From an uncultured virus (IMG/VR IMGVR_UViG_3300044611_002505) (Duplodnaviria; Heunggongvirae; Uroviricota; Caudoviricetes): DNA of 64,000 nucleotides. Positions within the stretch are counted from its first letter, which is position 1; every line of letters begins with the position of its first letter. The position numbers were made by a program, and so were the translations under genes. The notes below the pieces were generated by a model that was not told the DNA's origin, did no database searches, and was given only the letters and a program-made list of their open reading frames with translations. Positions 19,783-30,117 of this stretch are shown piece after piece. Location: the IMG/VR virus record IMGVR_UViG_3300044611_002505; one strand, 5' to 3'.

Positions 19783-20499
19783 ATGAAAACTTGCTATGTA
19801 TTTGCTTGCGGCCCATCTATTAAGGACCAAGATTTAAAAAAAATAAAAGATAATCCTTGTGTTACAATTAGTAATTTTTTTGTTCACCCAGAATTTCAGA
19901 ATATGAATGTAAAGTATCATATTTTTGGACATTTGCACCATCCTATTACTTATGAAATGGGAGTTGCGTGGTTTAAAGAGTGTGAAACTTGTTTAAACAA
20001 AAAAACAAAAGTATTAATTCATATCAAGGATAAGCATATTGTTACAAATAACAATTTATTTGTAAATAATGAAGTTATTTATTGGGATAATGATGGACAA
20101 TTCCCAGAAACTATACCAAACCGCATGGGACATTATGAAACTATAGCTCAGATTGGTTTGCAAATGGGTTATTATGTTGCTAAACAAGAGAGCATTGACC
20201 AAGTACTTCTTATGGGAATAGATCATAGTTGGGTAAACCATGTTGGTGAAACAAAACATTTTTATGATGAATCTCAGAGTGTTTTGTCTAGGATGGGGTA
20301 TAATGAGTGGTTTTGGTTTACGGGCCGTGGAGGCGTTTGTAACGATTCAGATCTTGAAAGAGAAAAAATAATACTGAATCAAATGAATAATTCATACCGT
20401 GAGTATGGCGAATTGTGTGAAAAAAGAGGCGTATCGGTATATAACGGCACACCAAATAGTTTAATAACAGGTTTAAAATTTTTCAAAAACACAGTATAA
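19783..20499 (+). CDS. MAF_flag10/DUF115-like (Maf-related) protein
   Basis: C.V.A.GPSI, LLMGIDH, VYN.T..S motifs. Confidence 0.6.
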   Translation: MKTCYVFACGPSIKDQDLKKIKDNPCVTISNFFVHPEFQNMNVKYHIFGHLHHPITYEMGVAWFKECETCLNKKTKVLIHIKDKHIVTNNNLFVNNEVIYWDNDGQFPETIPNRMGHYETIAQIGLQMGYYVAKQESIDQVLLMGIDHSWVNHVGETKHFYDESQSVLSRMGYNEWFWFTGRGGVCNDSDLEREKIILNQMNNSYREYGELCEKRGVSVYNGTPNSLITGLKFFKNTV

Positions 20500-20518
20500 A
20501 GAGGGGTAGTTTAAGAAA

Positions 20519-21553
20519 ATGAAAATTTTATATATAGGGTATAATGAAGACCAGCTTAATTGGGGGTGTCGATCCACTCCAAAAGCATTGTTACAAATAA
20601 TACAATCTGCTTTAAAACCCGATAAAATTTTAAAGATTGGCAATAATGAACTGATAAAAACTGATTTTACAAAAATAGAAAAAAATATAAAAGAATGTGA
20701 CATAGTAATAATTAATGGAGAAGGAAGTCCAATATTTACATCTCCTATTAGGAATGATTTTGATAAACATCTAATGGTTATTGAATATTGTGGCAAAATA
20801 AACAAAAAATGTTTATATGTCAATGCAATGATTTCAAAATGCCCAAAGACTCCTTTTGATAACGAAACGTATAATAGGGCACTTAAAGCTTGGTCTAAGT
20901 GTTGTGAATTGGTGATTAGAGATCCGATTTCGGGTTATTTAATTGATAGCAAATTAGACTATTCATATATCCCGGATGCGTTGTTTACTTGGCAATCTCA
21001 CAGAATAAAAACAGGAGATTATATTTTGCTGGGCGGGGGATCATCTCCTCCTAATCATGATCAAATAGAAAATAAAAAATTATCATATTTAAAATTAATA
21101 GATAAGATTTCTGGACTAGCAAAAGTAAAATTAGTGCAAAACTGCGGTGGAGATTATTGGATGGAACAATTGGCTAAAGATCATGGCTTTGAATTAATAC
21201 CGAAAGAATGTGATATAGACCAGGGAATGAAAGAACTACAAATGGCTCAGGTTTATATTTCTGGACGATTTCATCCATCAATAATGGCATCTCTCAATGG
21301 AACTCCTTGTATATTTTTTGAAAGTAATAGTGATAAAACTATGCACATCCAAAAAATGCTAGAGTATAAAAACCCTGTCGTTTTTACATTTCCATTATTA
21401 GATGAACAAATTAACGAAATTTATAATTTAACTAAATACTATTTAGAAAATAACGAAAGCGTGCGTGAAAACATAATAAAAACATGCCAGATTTTAAGCA
21501 AGCAGTCTTTATCTGGTTATACAAGTATATTTAAAAAATATAAAGTGGCTTAA
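20519..21553 (+). CDS. Polysaccharide pyruvyltransferase family protein
   Basis: NWGC, INGEGS, RD..S, PDALF, SGRFH..I.A...GTP. Confidence 0.8.
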   Translation: MKILYIGYNEDQLNWGCRSTPKALLQIIQSALKPDKILKIGNNELIKTDFTKIEKNIKECDIVIINGEGSPIFTSPIRNDFDKHLMVIEYCGKINKKCLYVNAMISKCPKTPFDNETYNRALKAWSKCCELVIRDPISGYLIDSKLDYSYIPDALFTWQSHRIKTGDYILLGGGSSPPNHDQIENKKLSYLKLIDKISGLAKVKLVQNCGGDYWMEQLAKDHGFELIPKECDIDQGMKELQMAQVYISGRFHPSIMASLNGTPCIFFESNSDKTMHIQKMLEYKNPVVFTFPLLDEQINEIYNLTKYYLENNESVRENIIKTCQILSKQSLSGYTSIFKKYKVA

Positions 21554-21610
21554 AAATAAATGAAAAAAGTACTACACATTTGGGGAGTAAAAGAAATAAA
21601 ATAAAACATT

Positions 21611-22252
21611 ATGAATATAAAAACACTTATATTAGCTAGAGGAGGAAGCAAAGGCATACCAGGTAAAAATATCATTGATATTAATGGCAAGCCTTTAATC
21701 CAGTATACAATAGACGCAGCCAAAGCATCCAAAGCCAATGATGTATGGGTTAGCACTAATTGCGATAAAATTGCTAGCGTTGCCATGCAATTAGGATCTA
21801 ATGTAGTTAAACGACCAGAAAATATTTCAGGAGACAAATCCAAAAGCGAAGAAGCATTGTTGCACTTTGCTAGTCTTCAAGATTTTGACATCTTGGTTTT
21901 TATTCAGCCAACATCTCCATTAATTAAGTCAAAATATATAAACCAAGGATTAAAAATGGTATTATCGGGAGAATATGATTCTGTTTTTAGTGTATATGAG
22001 GAGCATTGGATACCACGATGGAATAAAGATGGCACTCCAGACAATTGGAATATTAGCAATAGACCGATGAGACAAGATATACCAAAAAAATATGTTGAAA
22101 ATGGAGCCTTTTACATTACCAGTAGAGAACTTTTACTCAAGAATAAGAATAGATATTCCGGTAGGATTGGTATGGTTGAAATGGCTTATAGCAAAAGTTT
22201 TCAAGTTGATTCATTTGATGATCTTCTGATCATAGAGAAACTTTTATCATAA
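21611..22252 (+). CDS. neuA: Acylneuraminate (nonulosonate) cytidylyltransferase
   Basis: ARGGSKGIPGKNI, VST, QPTSP, ENGAFY, D...D. Confidence 0.9.
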   Translation: MNIKTLILARGGSKGIPGKNIIDINGKPLIQYTIDAAKASKANDVWVSTNCDKIASVAMQLGSNVVKRPENISGDKSKSEEALLHFASLQDFDILVFIQPTSPLIKSKYINQGLKMVLSGEYDSVFSVYEEHWIPRWNKDGTPDNWNISNRPMRQDIPKKYVENGAFYITSRELLLKNKNRYSGRIGMVEMAYSKSFQVDSFDDLLIIEKLLS

Positions 22253-22262
22253 AAATTGTAGG

Positions 22263-22323
22263 CAATATGACAGATTCATAAATAATACAAATCATTATAT
22301 TAAAAATAATAAATTAGAATTAT
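22263..22323 (+). repeat. 61-bp exact intergenic duplicate of coding sequence at 24695-24755
   Basis: CAATATGACAGATTCATAAATAATACAAATCATTATATTAAAAATAATAAATTAGAATTAT in both places. Confidence 0.9.
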
Positions 22324-22338
22324 TAAGAATAAGAATAA

Positions 22339-23226
22339 ATGAATTTAAAAATAGCATTCGGCATGATTGTATTTGAAGGGGACTACGTACTAAAAGAGTG
22401 CCTTGAGCAGGTGTACCCATTTGCATCTCAAATATTAATAGCGGAAGGGCCAGCAAGTTATTGGCAAAGACAAGGTAGAACTGCATCAACCGATGATACT
22501 AATAAAATATTAGATGAGTTCCCAGACCCAGATAATAAAATTAAAATTGTGCATGGTCGATATTCTGAAAAAGATGATCAGTGTAACGCCTATATGCAGC
22601 ATATCAATGGTGATATTGATTATATCTGGAATTTAGATTCTGATGAAGTTTATAAGACTGAGGATTTAATTAAAATGATTGAATTTCTAAAACAAGAAAA
22701 CCCAACTAGTGTTGGTATTAGAAGTTGTTCATTTTACGGAGGGTTTGATAACTATTTAACTGGCTTTGAATTAAATCGTGATAATTTTTTGCGTGTATTT
22801 AAATATACTAAAGGAGCAACATGGTTAACTCATAGACCACCTACCATTAACTATCCACAAGATGCAAAAATAACATATAAGCATATTGATAGTGAAACAT
22901 TATATAATGCAACTAGTATCCAAATGTACCATTATTCGTATGTATTCCCAACACAAGTATTTACAAAAGTAAATTACTATAAAGATAGCGTTAGTAGAGA
23001 TAATTGTATTGATAATTATTTTACTGAAATATATCGCCCATGGGTAACTGGTTCAGATGAAGATAAAAAAGCTATTGAAAGTAAATACATTGGTGTGCAT
23101 GAATTTAAACCACATGTTAGAGGTGAATGTTATACTGAAAAATTTACATTTGGTCATCCAGAAGCTATTACTAAGAATATGAATGAGTTAATTGATAAAT
23201 TTAATAAACAATTACAGAAATTATGA
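22339..23226 (+). CDS. GT2-like glycosyltransferase
   Basis: STD.T, WNLDSDE DxD motif, MYHYSYV. Confidence 0.75.
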   Translation: MNLKIAFGMIVFEGDYVLKECLEQVYPFASQILIAEGPASYWQRQGRTASTDDTNKILDEFPDPDNKIKIVHGRYSEKDDQCNAYMQHINGDIDYIWNLDSDEVYKTEDLIKMIEFLKQENPTSVGIRSCSFYGGFDNYLTGFELNRDNFLRVFKYTKGATWLTHRPPTINYPQDAKITYKHIDSETLYNATSIQMYHYSYVFPTQVFTKVNYYKDSVSRDNCIDNYFTEIYRPWVTGSDEDKKAIESKYIGVHEFKPHVRGECYTEKFTFGHPEAITKNMNELIDKFNKQLQKL

Positions 23227-23843
23227 ATATAAAAACAACAAATTTAAACGAGTCTTGGAAAAATAGTAAAAATATTTTCCCCAAACAAATAGAACTAAAT
23301 CTAAAAGAACTTAGTTCTAAAGAAAATTATCCACAACATTGGAAAGATTTTTTAGTTGTATTAGATAAAATTACTGTTAATAGTATATTAGACATAGGAT
23401 GTGGATGCGGGGCTTACTATGGTCTATTACAACAAAATTTAAAACATATCAATTATACTGGAATAGATTATTCAATAGAGGCAATTAATATAGCTCGTAA
23501 CCAGTGGAAACAAGATAATTTTTTTGTCAAAAATGTTTGGGATCTAAACAATGCTTTTATTTCAGATTATGACGCTTTACATTGTAGCGGACTATTTGAT
23601 ATTATGGATAATGGAGATGAGGCATTAAATTTTATACTTGGATTGCATCCAAAAATATTTATTATCAGTAGGATGGCGTTTACTGACATGTCGAGTTACT
23701 ATGATACGTATCTTGCATATGATAAATTAGAAACATGTAGATACTATCATAATACAACTAAATTTATAGATACATGCAAAGCTAATGGTTATATGATTTA
23801 TAAATTTAACACAAACCTACTATTAATACATGATAAAAAATAA
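23223..23843 (+). CDS. Class I SAM methyltransferase
   Basis: ILDIGCGCG, YTGIDYS. Confidence 0.85.
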   Translation: MNIKTTNLNESWKNSKNIFPKQIELNLKELSSKENYPQHWKDFLVVLDKITVNSILDIGCGCGAYYGLLQQNLKHINYTGIDYSIEAINIARNQWKQDNFFVKNVWDLNNAFISDYDALHCSGLFDIMDNGDEALNFILGLHPKIFIISRMAFTDMSSYYDTYLAYDKLETCRYYHNTTKFIDTCKANGYMIYKFNTNLLLIHDKK

Positions 23844-23991
23844 TAATAAATGGGATCCAAAAGACCAGATTCTTTATCTAGAAGAATTTCTTGATCTTTA
23901 TAATAATAGGCCAATTAAAGATAATACTGGTGGAATGAAATCCGCACATATGTTCATAGAATTGAGGCAAAATGTTTACACAACAAAATGA
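23830..23991 (+). pseudogene. Probable N-terminal relic of a longer gene (53 aa)
   Basis: MIKNNNKWDPKDQILYLEEFLDLYNNRPIKDNTGGMKSAHMF... stops shortly after entering the next gene. Confidence 0.45.
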
Positions 23992-25045
23992 AGAAGATTT
24001 TTTTATGAATCATATAAATAACAATTCGTTGGTATTGGAATATGGTTCAGGGATTTCAACAAAAGAAATCGCTAAACGATGTAAATTCATCACATCGATT
24101 GAACATCAAGAAGAGTGGTATCATAAATTAAAAAATGAATTACAAAATAACTGTGAAATAATATTAAAAACACCTGATTTACCGTATATGGAAGGTGGTC
24201 ATTGTGGTACATACGATGAATTTAAATCTTACATAGAAGCGCCAATAGGTAAAGGTCCTTTTGATATTATTTTAATTGATGGTAGAGCTAGAGTTTCTTG
24301 TGCTTCAATAACTAAATCAATATCACACGATGATACTATTATTTTTATCCATGATTTTGATAGAGCGGAATATCAAGAAGTCTTAAGTTTCTTAGACTTA
24401 TTAGAAAAAGTTGGTACAATGGCTAAATTTAAATTAAAAAAATCAAAAATTATGGAGTATACTCACAATTGGAATCAAGAATTTAAAAATAATACTCATG
24501 GTATTAATAATCTATCACTATGTTTAGAAATTGGTTGTTTTGAAGGATTAACATCAAATTATATAATTGATAACATATTAAATGAAAATGGTAAATTAAT
24601 TTGTGTTGACCCACTAACTGATAATTACTTAAACACCGAATTAAATGATACTGATGTTGTTAATAATGATACTATTTATAAATATTTTAATAATCAATAT
24701 GACAGATTCATAAATAATACAAATCATTATATTAAAAATAATAAATTAGAATTATATAGAAATATTAGTTCAGATATATTTCCTGAATTAATTGAAAAAT
24801 ACGAATCCCAATTTGATTTAATATATATTGACGGTGACCATAGAGCATCAGCTGTTTATATTGATGCTGTTAATTCTTTTAAATTATGTAAAAAAAATGG
24901 CATTATTGTGTTTGATGATTATTCATGGGGTGAGATGTACAATGAAGAAGCAACTAGTTTTGGTATTGATAAATTTTTAAATGAATATGAAACCCATTAT
25001 GAATTAATTAAAAAAACATATCAAGTATTAATTAGGAAAAAATGA
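23972..25045 (+). CDS. Tandem double methyltransferase (two class I domains)
   Basis: VLEYGSG.ST/DIILIDGRAR, then LEIGCFEG/DLIYIDGDH/FDDY.W. Confidence 0.8.
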   Translation: MFTQQNEEDFFMNHINNNSLVLEYGSGISTKEIAKRCKFITSIEHQEEWYHKLKNELQNNCEIILKTPDLPYMEGGHCGTYDEFKSYIEAPIGKGPFDIILIDGRARVSCASITKSISHDDTIIFIHDFDRAEYQEVLSFLDLLEKVGTMAKFKLKKSKIMEYTHNWNQEFKNNTHGINNLSLCLEIGCFEGLTSNYIIDNILNENGKLICVDPLTDNYLNTELNDTDVVNNDTIYKYFNNQYDRFINNTNHYIKNNKLELYRNISSDIFPELIEKYESQFDLIYIDGDHRASAVYIDAVNSFKLCKKNGIIVFDDYSWGEMYNEEATSFGIDKFLNEYETHYELIKKTYQVLIRKK

Positions 25046-25959
25046 TACAATTATTTAACATAAATAACCATATAATTAATACTAGTAAATATAGTAATTT
25101 GCTACACGATAATGTTGTAACTAAATTCGAAGAAGCTATTGCTAATTATGTGGGTGCTAAATACGCTGTAACATTTAATAGTGCTACTAGTGCTTTATTC
25201 TTAGCCCTATTAGATAAAAATACTACAATAACAGTACCATCGATGATACCACCAGTAGTATTAAATGCTATTATTACATCTGGTAATAAACATAATTTTA
25301 CTGATGATATTAATTGGGTTGGTGATTCATATGTATTACATAGTTTTGATGATTATAAAATAGTTGACTCAGCACAAAAATTGGAAAAGAATCAGTTTAA
25401 AAACGAATGCAATCCAAATGACTTAATGGTATTTAGTTTTTATCCTACAAAACCAGTAGGAAGTTCTGATGGTGGTATGATAGTTTCTGATGATTTGGAA
25501 AAAATTACCCATCTAAGAGAAATGGCATTAAATGGTATGTCATATGCTGATAATAACTGGGAACGTAAAATTAAATTTGCTGGTTATAAAATGTACATGA
25601 ACAGTATTCAATGTGATATTGCATTACAAAACTTTGATTTATATGAAGATAAATTAGATAAGCTACGTATTGTTAAAGACATTTATAATAATGAATTAAA
25701 TTACTCAAATACTAGTAATCATTTATATAGAGTTAATATTTTTGATAGAAATGGTTTTATAAATGAAATGAAGAATGATAATATCATAACTGGTATTCAT
25801 TATAATGCAGCACATTTAAATGGTGTATATAAAATTGATAACGCTAACTGTCCTTTAAGTGAGTTAAACGCATTACAAACAGTGTCAATACCTTTCCATG
25901 AAGTATTGACTTTAAAAGATATCAAAACTATACTAGAAATTGTTAAAAAATATTTATGA
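25042..25959 (+). CDS. DegT/DnrJ/EryC1/StrS PLP sugar aminotransferase
   Basis: NSATSAL, VDSAQ, FSFYPTK...DGG, GIHY, SIPFH. Confidence 0.88.
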   Translation: MIQLFNINNHIINTSKYSNLLHDNVVTKFEEAIANYVGAKYAVTFNSATSALFLALLDKNTTITVPSMIPPVVLNAIITSGNKHNFTDDINWVGDSYVLHSFDDYKIVDSAQKLEKNQFKNECNPNDLMVFSFYPTKPVGSSDGGMIVSDDLEKITHLREMALNGMSYADNNWERKIKFAGYKMYMNSIQCDIALQNFDLYEDKLDKLRIVKDIYNNELNYSNTSNHLYRVNIFDRNGFINEMKNDNIITGIHYNAAHLNGVYKIDNANCPLSELNALQTVSIPFHEVLTLKDIKTILEIVKKYL

Positions 25960-26369
25960 TTACTCAACTAAATAGTTTTGAAGATAGTAGAGGTTCTCTA
26001 TTACCAATAGAATTTGACTCACTACCATTCATACCTAAAAGAGTTTTTATTGTGAACAATGTGCCTTTAAATGATATTAGAGGTGAACATTCACATTATA
26101 AAACTAAACAATTGATAGTATGTACTAACGGTATTGTTAAAGTATTATTAGATAATGGTTTAACTAAAGACGAATACACTCTGTATAAAAATCAAACAAT
26201 ACTAATTAATGAAATGGTATGGGACGCTCAACAATTTTTAACTCCTGATGCTGAAATAGTAGTACTTTGCTCTACAAATTATGATGTTAATGATTATATT
26301 ATAGATTATAATGAATTTCAACATATATTGGGTCGTCGAGATCCCCCAGAAGGAAGATGGAGATCATGA
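25956..26369 (+). CDS. FdtA/QdtA cupin NDP-4-keto-6-deoxysugar 3,4-ketoisomerase
   Basis: DSRGSL, KRVF, RGEHSH, Q.IVC..G, Y...DYI.DY.EF. Confidence 0.88.
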   Translation: MITQLNSFEDSRGSLLPIEFDSLPFIPKRVFIVNNVPLNDIRGEHSHYKTKQLIVCTNGIVKVLLDNGLTKDEYTLYKNQTILINEMVWDAQQFLTPDAEIVVLCSTNYDVNDYIIDYNEFQHILGRRDPPEGRWRS

Positions 26370-26399
26370 GGGAAATACTAATGATCAATATTATTTTGA
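26352..26399 (+). repeat. Right direct repeat of glycan island
   Basis: 42/48 identical to 17948-17995. Confidence 0.85.
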
Positions 26400-26564
26400 A
26401 AAAGGGAAGGTAATCATGAGTTCCAAAAAAGTCTATTACTGAAGCCGAATCACTTAAAAGAGAAGTTGATGCGTTTATAAGAAATTACGAAAAAATACTC
26501 AAAGCCCCTGAAGATTATCAAAAACATCCTTATACTGCCGGCGATCAAGTTATAAGAAACCAAA

Positions 26565-26774
26565 ATGCCACTTAGAGACTTTAGAAGTGTAGAATACTAT
26601 CGAATTAAAAAAGATGGTTCGTGGAACACCCAGTTTATTTTAATTCCCTATGAAGTTCCCTACGAACATTGCGTAGATTATATTTGGGGTGAATTATCTG
26701 GGATGAATCTTGCTGATAATCTGCAAGCTGTTGCTGTTTGTAATTTCCCAGAGACGGTTACTGTCACGGGTTAA
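26565..26774 (+). CDS. Small hypothetical protein
   Basis: 69-aa ORF. Confidence 0.5.
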   Translation: MPLRDFRSVEYYRIKKDGSWNTQFILIPYEVPYEHCVDYIWGELSGMNLADNLQAVAVCNFPETVTVTG

Positions 26775-26786
26775 CACATATAATTT

Positions 26787-27452
26787 CTATATGCTAGTTT
26801 TCTCAAACGAGCGCATCACTACATCTAAAGTTTCTTGTTCTTTAATACCATGAATAGCATATGCTCCATTTTTTATGGCTGTTGAAAGTTCATCAAAATG
26901 TTTTGGTTCAATAGTATTTTGAGAATATGCTTCTTGATAATAAGTATTATGTATTTCCAAGTTAAGATCCATAATCTTTTGAGCCATCCATCCATCCTGA
27001 TGAAAATAATCATCTTTTTTTACTTCGACCGATTCTGTGAAAAATTTAAGAACATTTGATGGAAATATCCACGGAAAGTGCAGGAAACACAAACCCTGTC
27101 TCATAGGTTCTGTGAGCTTATTTAAAAATATGTAATCATTAAATAAATTCCCTTGAATTATCGGTCTTGGTTTTGGTCGTTGAAGCATGATCGCATCATA
27201 CTCCAGAAATACATAATAGTCTGAATCGTATGACAAAGCAGATTTAAATCCAAATAATTGTCTTTTTAGAGAATCATACCCATGATGTTGCGCTTCGCCA
27301 TGAGTTAGACAATCTACTTCATTTAATATACACGGATCATCAACAGAGGAAACAATCAATATATTATCACTATTCTTTCTCCAAATAGGATAATGCCGTT
27401 TAGCAGTCTCTATAGCGCCACCATGAGCAAATACAGTTGTTGTTACATTCAT
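26787..27452 (-). CDS. Putative GT-A glycosyltransferase-like protein
   Basis: FLEYD motif, IHGIK C-terminal motif. Confidence 0.5.
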   Translation of the reverse strand: MNVTTTVFAHGGAIETAKRHYPIWRKNSDNILIVSSVDDPCILNEVDCLTHGEAQHHGYDSLKRQLFGFKSALSYDSDYYVFLEYDAIMLQRPKPRPIIQGNLFNDYIFLNKLTEPMRQGLCFLHFPWIFPSNVLKFFTESVEVKKDDYFHQDGWMAQKIMDLNLEIHNTYYQEAYSQNTIEPKHFDELSTAIKNGAYAIHGIKEQETLDVVMRSFEKTSI

Positions 27453-27542
27453 AGATTTTTATTGTAGTAGCCATCAGTATATAGTAGCGAAGAAAAGATT
27501 TGTAAAAATCTTGTAAGCATATCACGCCAATTATACCAAAAT

Positions 27543-28208
27543 ATGAAAATATTATTTACTCAATGGTTTAAAGCCACGCCCGAAGTAGAAACCTATAATC
27601 TGTACTGCTTACATAAGAATCTTTCTAATAAAGACATAGACAAAACAGTTTTATTTATTGACAATTGTGAATTCAATAATGTTTTCAATGAAAAGTTAAT
27701 CACCATACCAACACAAGCAAGACTTTCTTATAAGACGTGGATGGACTATGCAGATAAAGAATACACAGAAGATATAAAAATACTTGCTAATTCTGATGTT
27801 TATTTTGATCATTCGATATCTTTTTTGGATAAAATAAACGAATGGGAAAATAGGCTGTACGTGTTAACAAGAAAAGACTTGACTAAAGAAGGACCAATAA
27901 TCCCTTCTGGGGTGAATTATAATGCCAATAATCAGGAGCAAATTAGTCACCATTGTTGTCAAGATTCTTGGATATACAAAAGCAAGCTAAAAAAAGATTT
28001 TAACAACAACTACAATCTTGGGGTAATGAATTGCGAGAATTTATTCAGAATAAACGCTCAAGAATCTGGAATTAGCGTATTTAGTCTTTTTAACCACATC
28101 GAATTAACACATGTTGACTGGAGAGATTCAAAAACATATTGTCAAGAGCCATATGCACTTTATAATCATGGTCCACCTTTGCCATACCTAAACCAAATAC
28201 AAAATTAA
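27543..28208 (+). CDS. Glycosyltransferase-like protein
   Basis: ANSDVYFD, LTR, QDSWI, LG...C motifs. Confidence 0.6.
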   Translation: MKILFTQWFKATPEVETYNLYCLHKNLSNKDIDKTVLFIDNCEFNNVFNEKLITIPTQARLSYKTWMDYADKEYTEDIKILANSDVYFDHSISFLDKINEWENRLYVLTRKDLTKEGPIIPSGVNYNANNQEQISHHCCQDSWIYKSKLKKDFNNNYNLGVMNCENLFRINAQESGISVFSLFNHIELTHVDWRDSKTYCQEPYALYNHGPPLPYLNQIQN

Positions 28209-28219
28209 TCAATTAATTT

Positions 28220-28855
28220 TTATATTATTTCCGACATTGCTTGAAGTTTGTTTTTGTTGTTCTTAAAACACACATCTTGAGGACAATGAACAAGTGGAGC
28301 CGTTTTTGGGTAATCAACAATATAATTAATTTTATTAAATTGATCTTCTTTAAATCCTCTGGCTATCATCATCATGTCTGATGTGTGCGGTTTTTTATAA
28401 TTATTGTCTATGCATTTTTCATTGTCTCTTAATTCGCAGAAAATTTTGCATGTTTCTAAATACTGCTCTGCTGTTCCTGATACAACACATGGAACGTGTC
28501 CTTGAAAACCTGTGATCATTTTTTGTTGAAAAATAGAATCATCTATTAAACTCAAATTGACAACATCGTAATCTATCATTATACCGCCGCCAATCTTAGA
28601 CATGGCGAGCCATCTCATATAGCAGTGATAATCATAAAAGGGTGTATTGACAGAAGGTAATTGTCTAATCACTTCAGAATAGCTTGAATAAAAATCATGC
28701 GATTTGGCTAATTCATAATTTAAAACTACAAGTTTCCAACCATTTTTCTCCCAAGATTTTGCACAAATTTTAATTAGATCTTCTTCTGCGTAATTTCTAC
28801 CCATTCCCAGAGGCTCATAATATGTGTATACTGTTTTTTCATTATTTTCTTCCAT
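28220..28855 (-). CDS. DxD sugar-transferase-like protein
   Basis: SW...GW...L, RWLAM...GG.M.DYDV. Confidence 0.6.
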   Translation of the reverse strand: MEENNEKTVYTYYEPLGMGRNYAEEDLIKICAKSWEKNGWKLVVLNYELAKSHDFYSSYSEVIRQLPSVNTPFYDYHCYMRWLAMSKIGGGIMIDYDVVNLSLIDDSIFQQKMITGFQGHVPCVVSGTAEQYLETCKIFCELRDNEKCIDNNYKKPHTSDMMMIARGFKEDQFNKINYIVDYPKTAPLVHCPQDVCFKNNKNKLQAMSEII

Positions 28856-28870
28856 AATATATATAGTAGT

Positions 28871-29590
28871 ATGAATTTTAAGCTATACTTAGAAATATCA
28901 GAAGAACTATTTAAAAACGCTTACTCTTTAGGAGAAATGCCAAGAGAAGAAGTTGAAAAGTTTCTTTCTAACAGAGGATTTGATTTTTCAACTAGAAGAG
29001 CTTTTACAACTTATTTTGGTTGGTCTGTGCCATGTAAAGAAGCTGTGGAGGCTATTAAAAAGTATGCCAGACAGCCTCTTTATGATGTTTTAGCAGGCAC
29101 TGGATATTGGACTAAAACGCTCAAAAAAGCCGGTATAAACGTAATAGCGTCAGATATTCATAAAATTACCAGTAAGAATTATTACCATAGATCAAAGGAA
29201 GATCTACCAGATATTTCAAATTTAGTCAAACCTGAAAAAGAAAAGATACTCAGAAGAAATGCACTCAAAGTTGCTTATGATCTAAAGAGAGAAAGATTAA
29301 AAGGTGATGTTCTAATTAGTTGGGCACCTTATGAAGAACCATTTGCAACTGATATATTGGAAATGCTGCCAATAGGAAGTAGAGTTTTTTATATTGGTGA
29401 AGGTATGGGTGGATGCACCGCTGATGCTAGTTTTCATAAATATCTTTGCGTGAACTTTGAACATCTTCATAGTGAAGATTTACCTCAATTTCCTGGAATA
29501 CATGATTATTTATCAATTTATGAGAAAAAGAAAAATCTGCCAATAGATCCAAAGTATAGAGGCGAAAATTGGGTTGATGAAGATGATTGA
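28871..29590 (+). CDS. SAM methyltransferase-like protein with CTS-like N-terminus
   Basis: DVLAGTGYW, ASD, LISWAPY, YIGE..GGCT; starts MNFKLYLE. Confidence 0.7.
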   Translation: MNFKLYLEISEELFKNAYSLGEMPREEVEKFLSNRGFDFSTRRAFTTYFGWSVPCKEAVEAIKKYARQPLYDVLAGTGYWTKTLKKAGINVIASDIHKITSKNYYHRSKEDLPDISNLVKPEKEKILRRNALKVAYDLKRERLKGDVLISWAPYEEPFATDILEMLPIGSRVFYIGEGMGGCTADASFHKYLCVNFEHLHSEDLPQFPGIHDYLSIYEKKKNLPIDPKYRGENWVDEDD

Positions 29591-29599
29591 CTATGGTTG

Positions 29600-29839
29600 T
29601 TATCCACCAAGAGTACACTCGTTATCAACACAAGGTGATTGTGCAACAGTCCAACCACATGGCTGATAATCATCGACAGCATCTTGTGCTTCTATTTCGG
29701 TAGAATATGGACCGTGAATTGTTTCGCCATTATCTGCACAAGGACTACCTGGAGCAGATTGAATCCACCAAGGGCAATCTGCTGAAGTGGTGCATGATAC
29801 TTTTGATAAAATATTGCTGTAGACTATGTCTTCGCTCAT
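29600..29839 (-). CDS. Small Cys-rich protein (paralog B)
   Basis: MSEDIVYSNI N-terminus; 6 Cys. Confidence 0.6.
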   Translation of the reverse strand: MSEDIVYSNILSKVSCTTSADCPWWIQSAPGSPCADNGETIHGPYSTEIEAQDAVDDYQPCGWTVAQSPCVDNECTLGG

Positions 29840-29878
29840 TACTGTATATACATGTTCTGCAACGAAAAATAGACTCAA

Positions 29879-30073
29879 TTAACAGGGATTAGTGCCTGAA
29901 CCGGGATCATAACTTTCTGGACACAAAGCTACTGTTCCTCCGATAATATCACAAAACTGACGAACTCCACTTCCCGGAGTATTATCACTACCAGTTGCTT
30001 CAACAAATCCGTCCTTACAACAACAATACAAGCTCTTGGTCTGAATATTACTATAGATTATTTCTTCTGACAT
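29879..30073 (-). CDS. Small Cys-rich protein (paralog A)
   Basis: MSEEIIYSNI N-terminus; 6 Cys. Confidence 0.6.
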   Translation of the reverse strand: MSEEIIYSNIQTKSLYCCCKDGFVEATGSDNTPGSGVRQFCDIIGGTVALCPESYDPGSGTNPC

Positions 30074-30097
30074 AGATTTATATATCCAAACGACACT

Positions 30098-30117
30098 AAG
30101 TTTCCTCCCGGTACGCT
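30098..30117 (+). promoter_or_regulatory. GGTACGCT module-head motif
   Basis: AAGTTTCCTCCCGGTACGCT. Confidence 0.7.
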
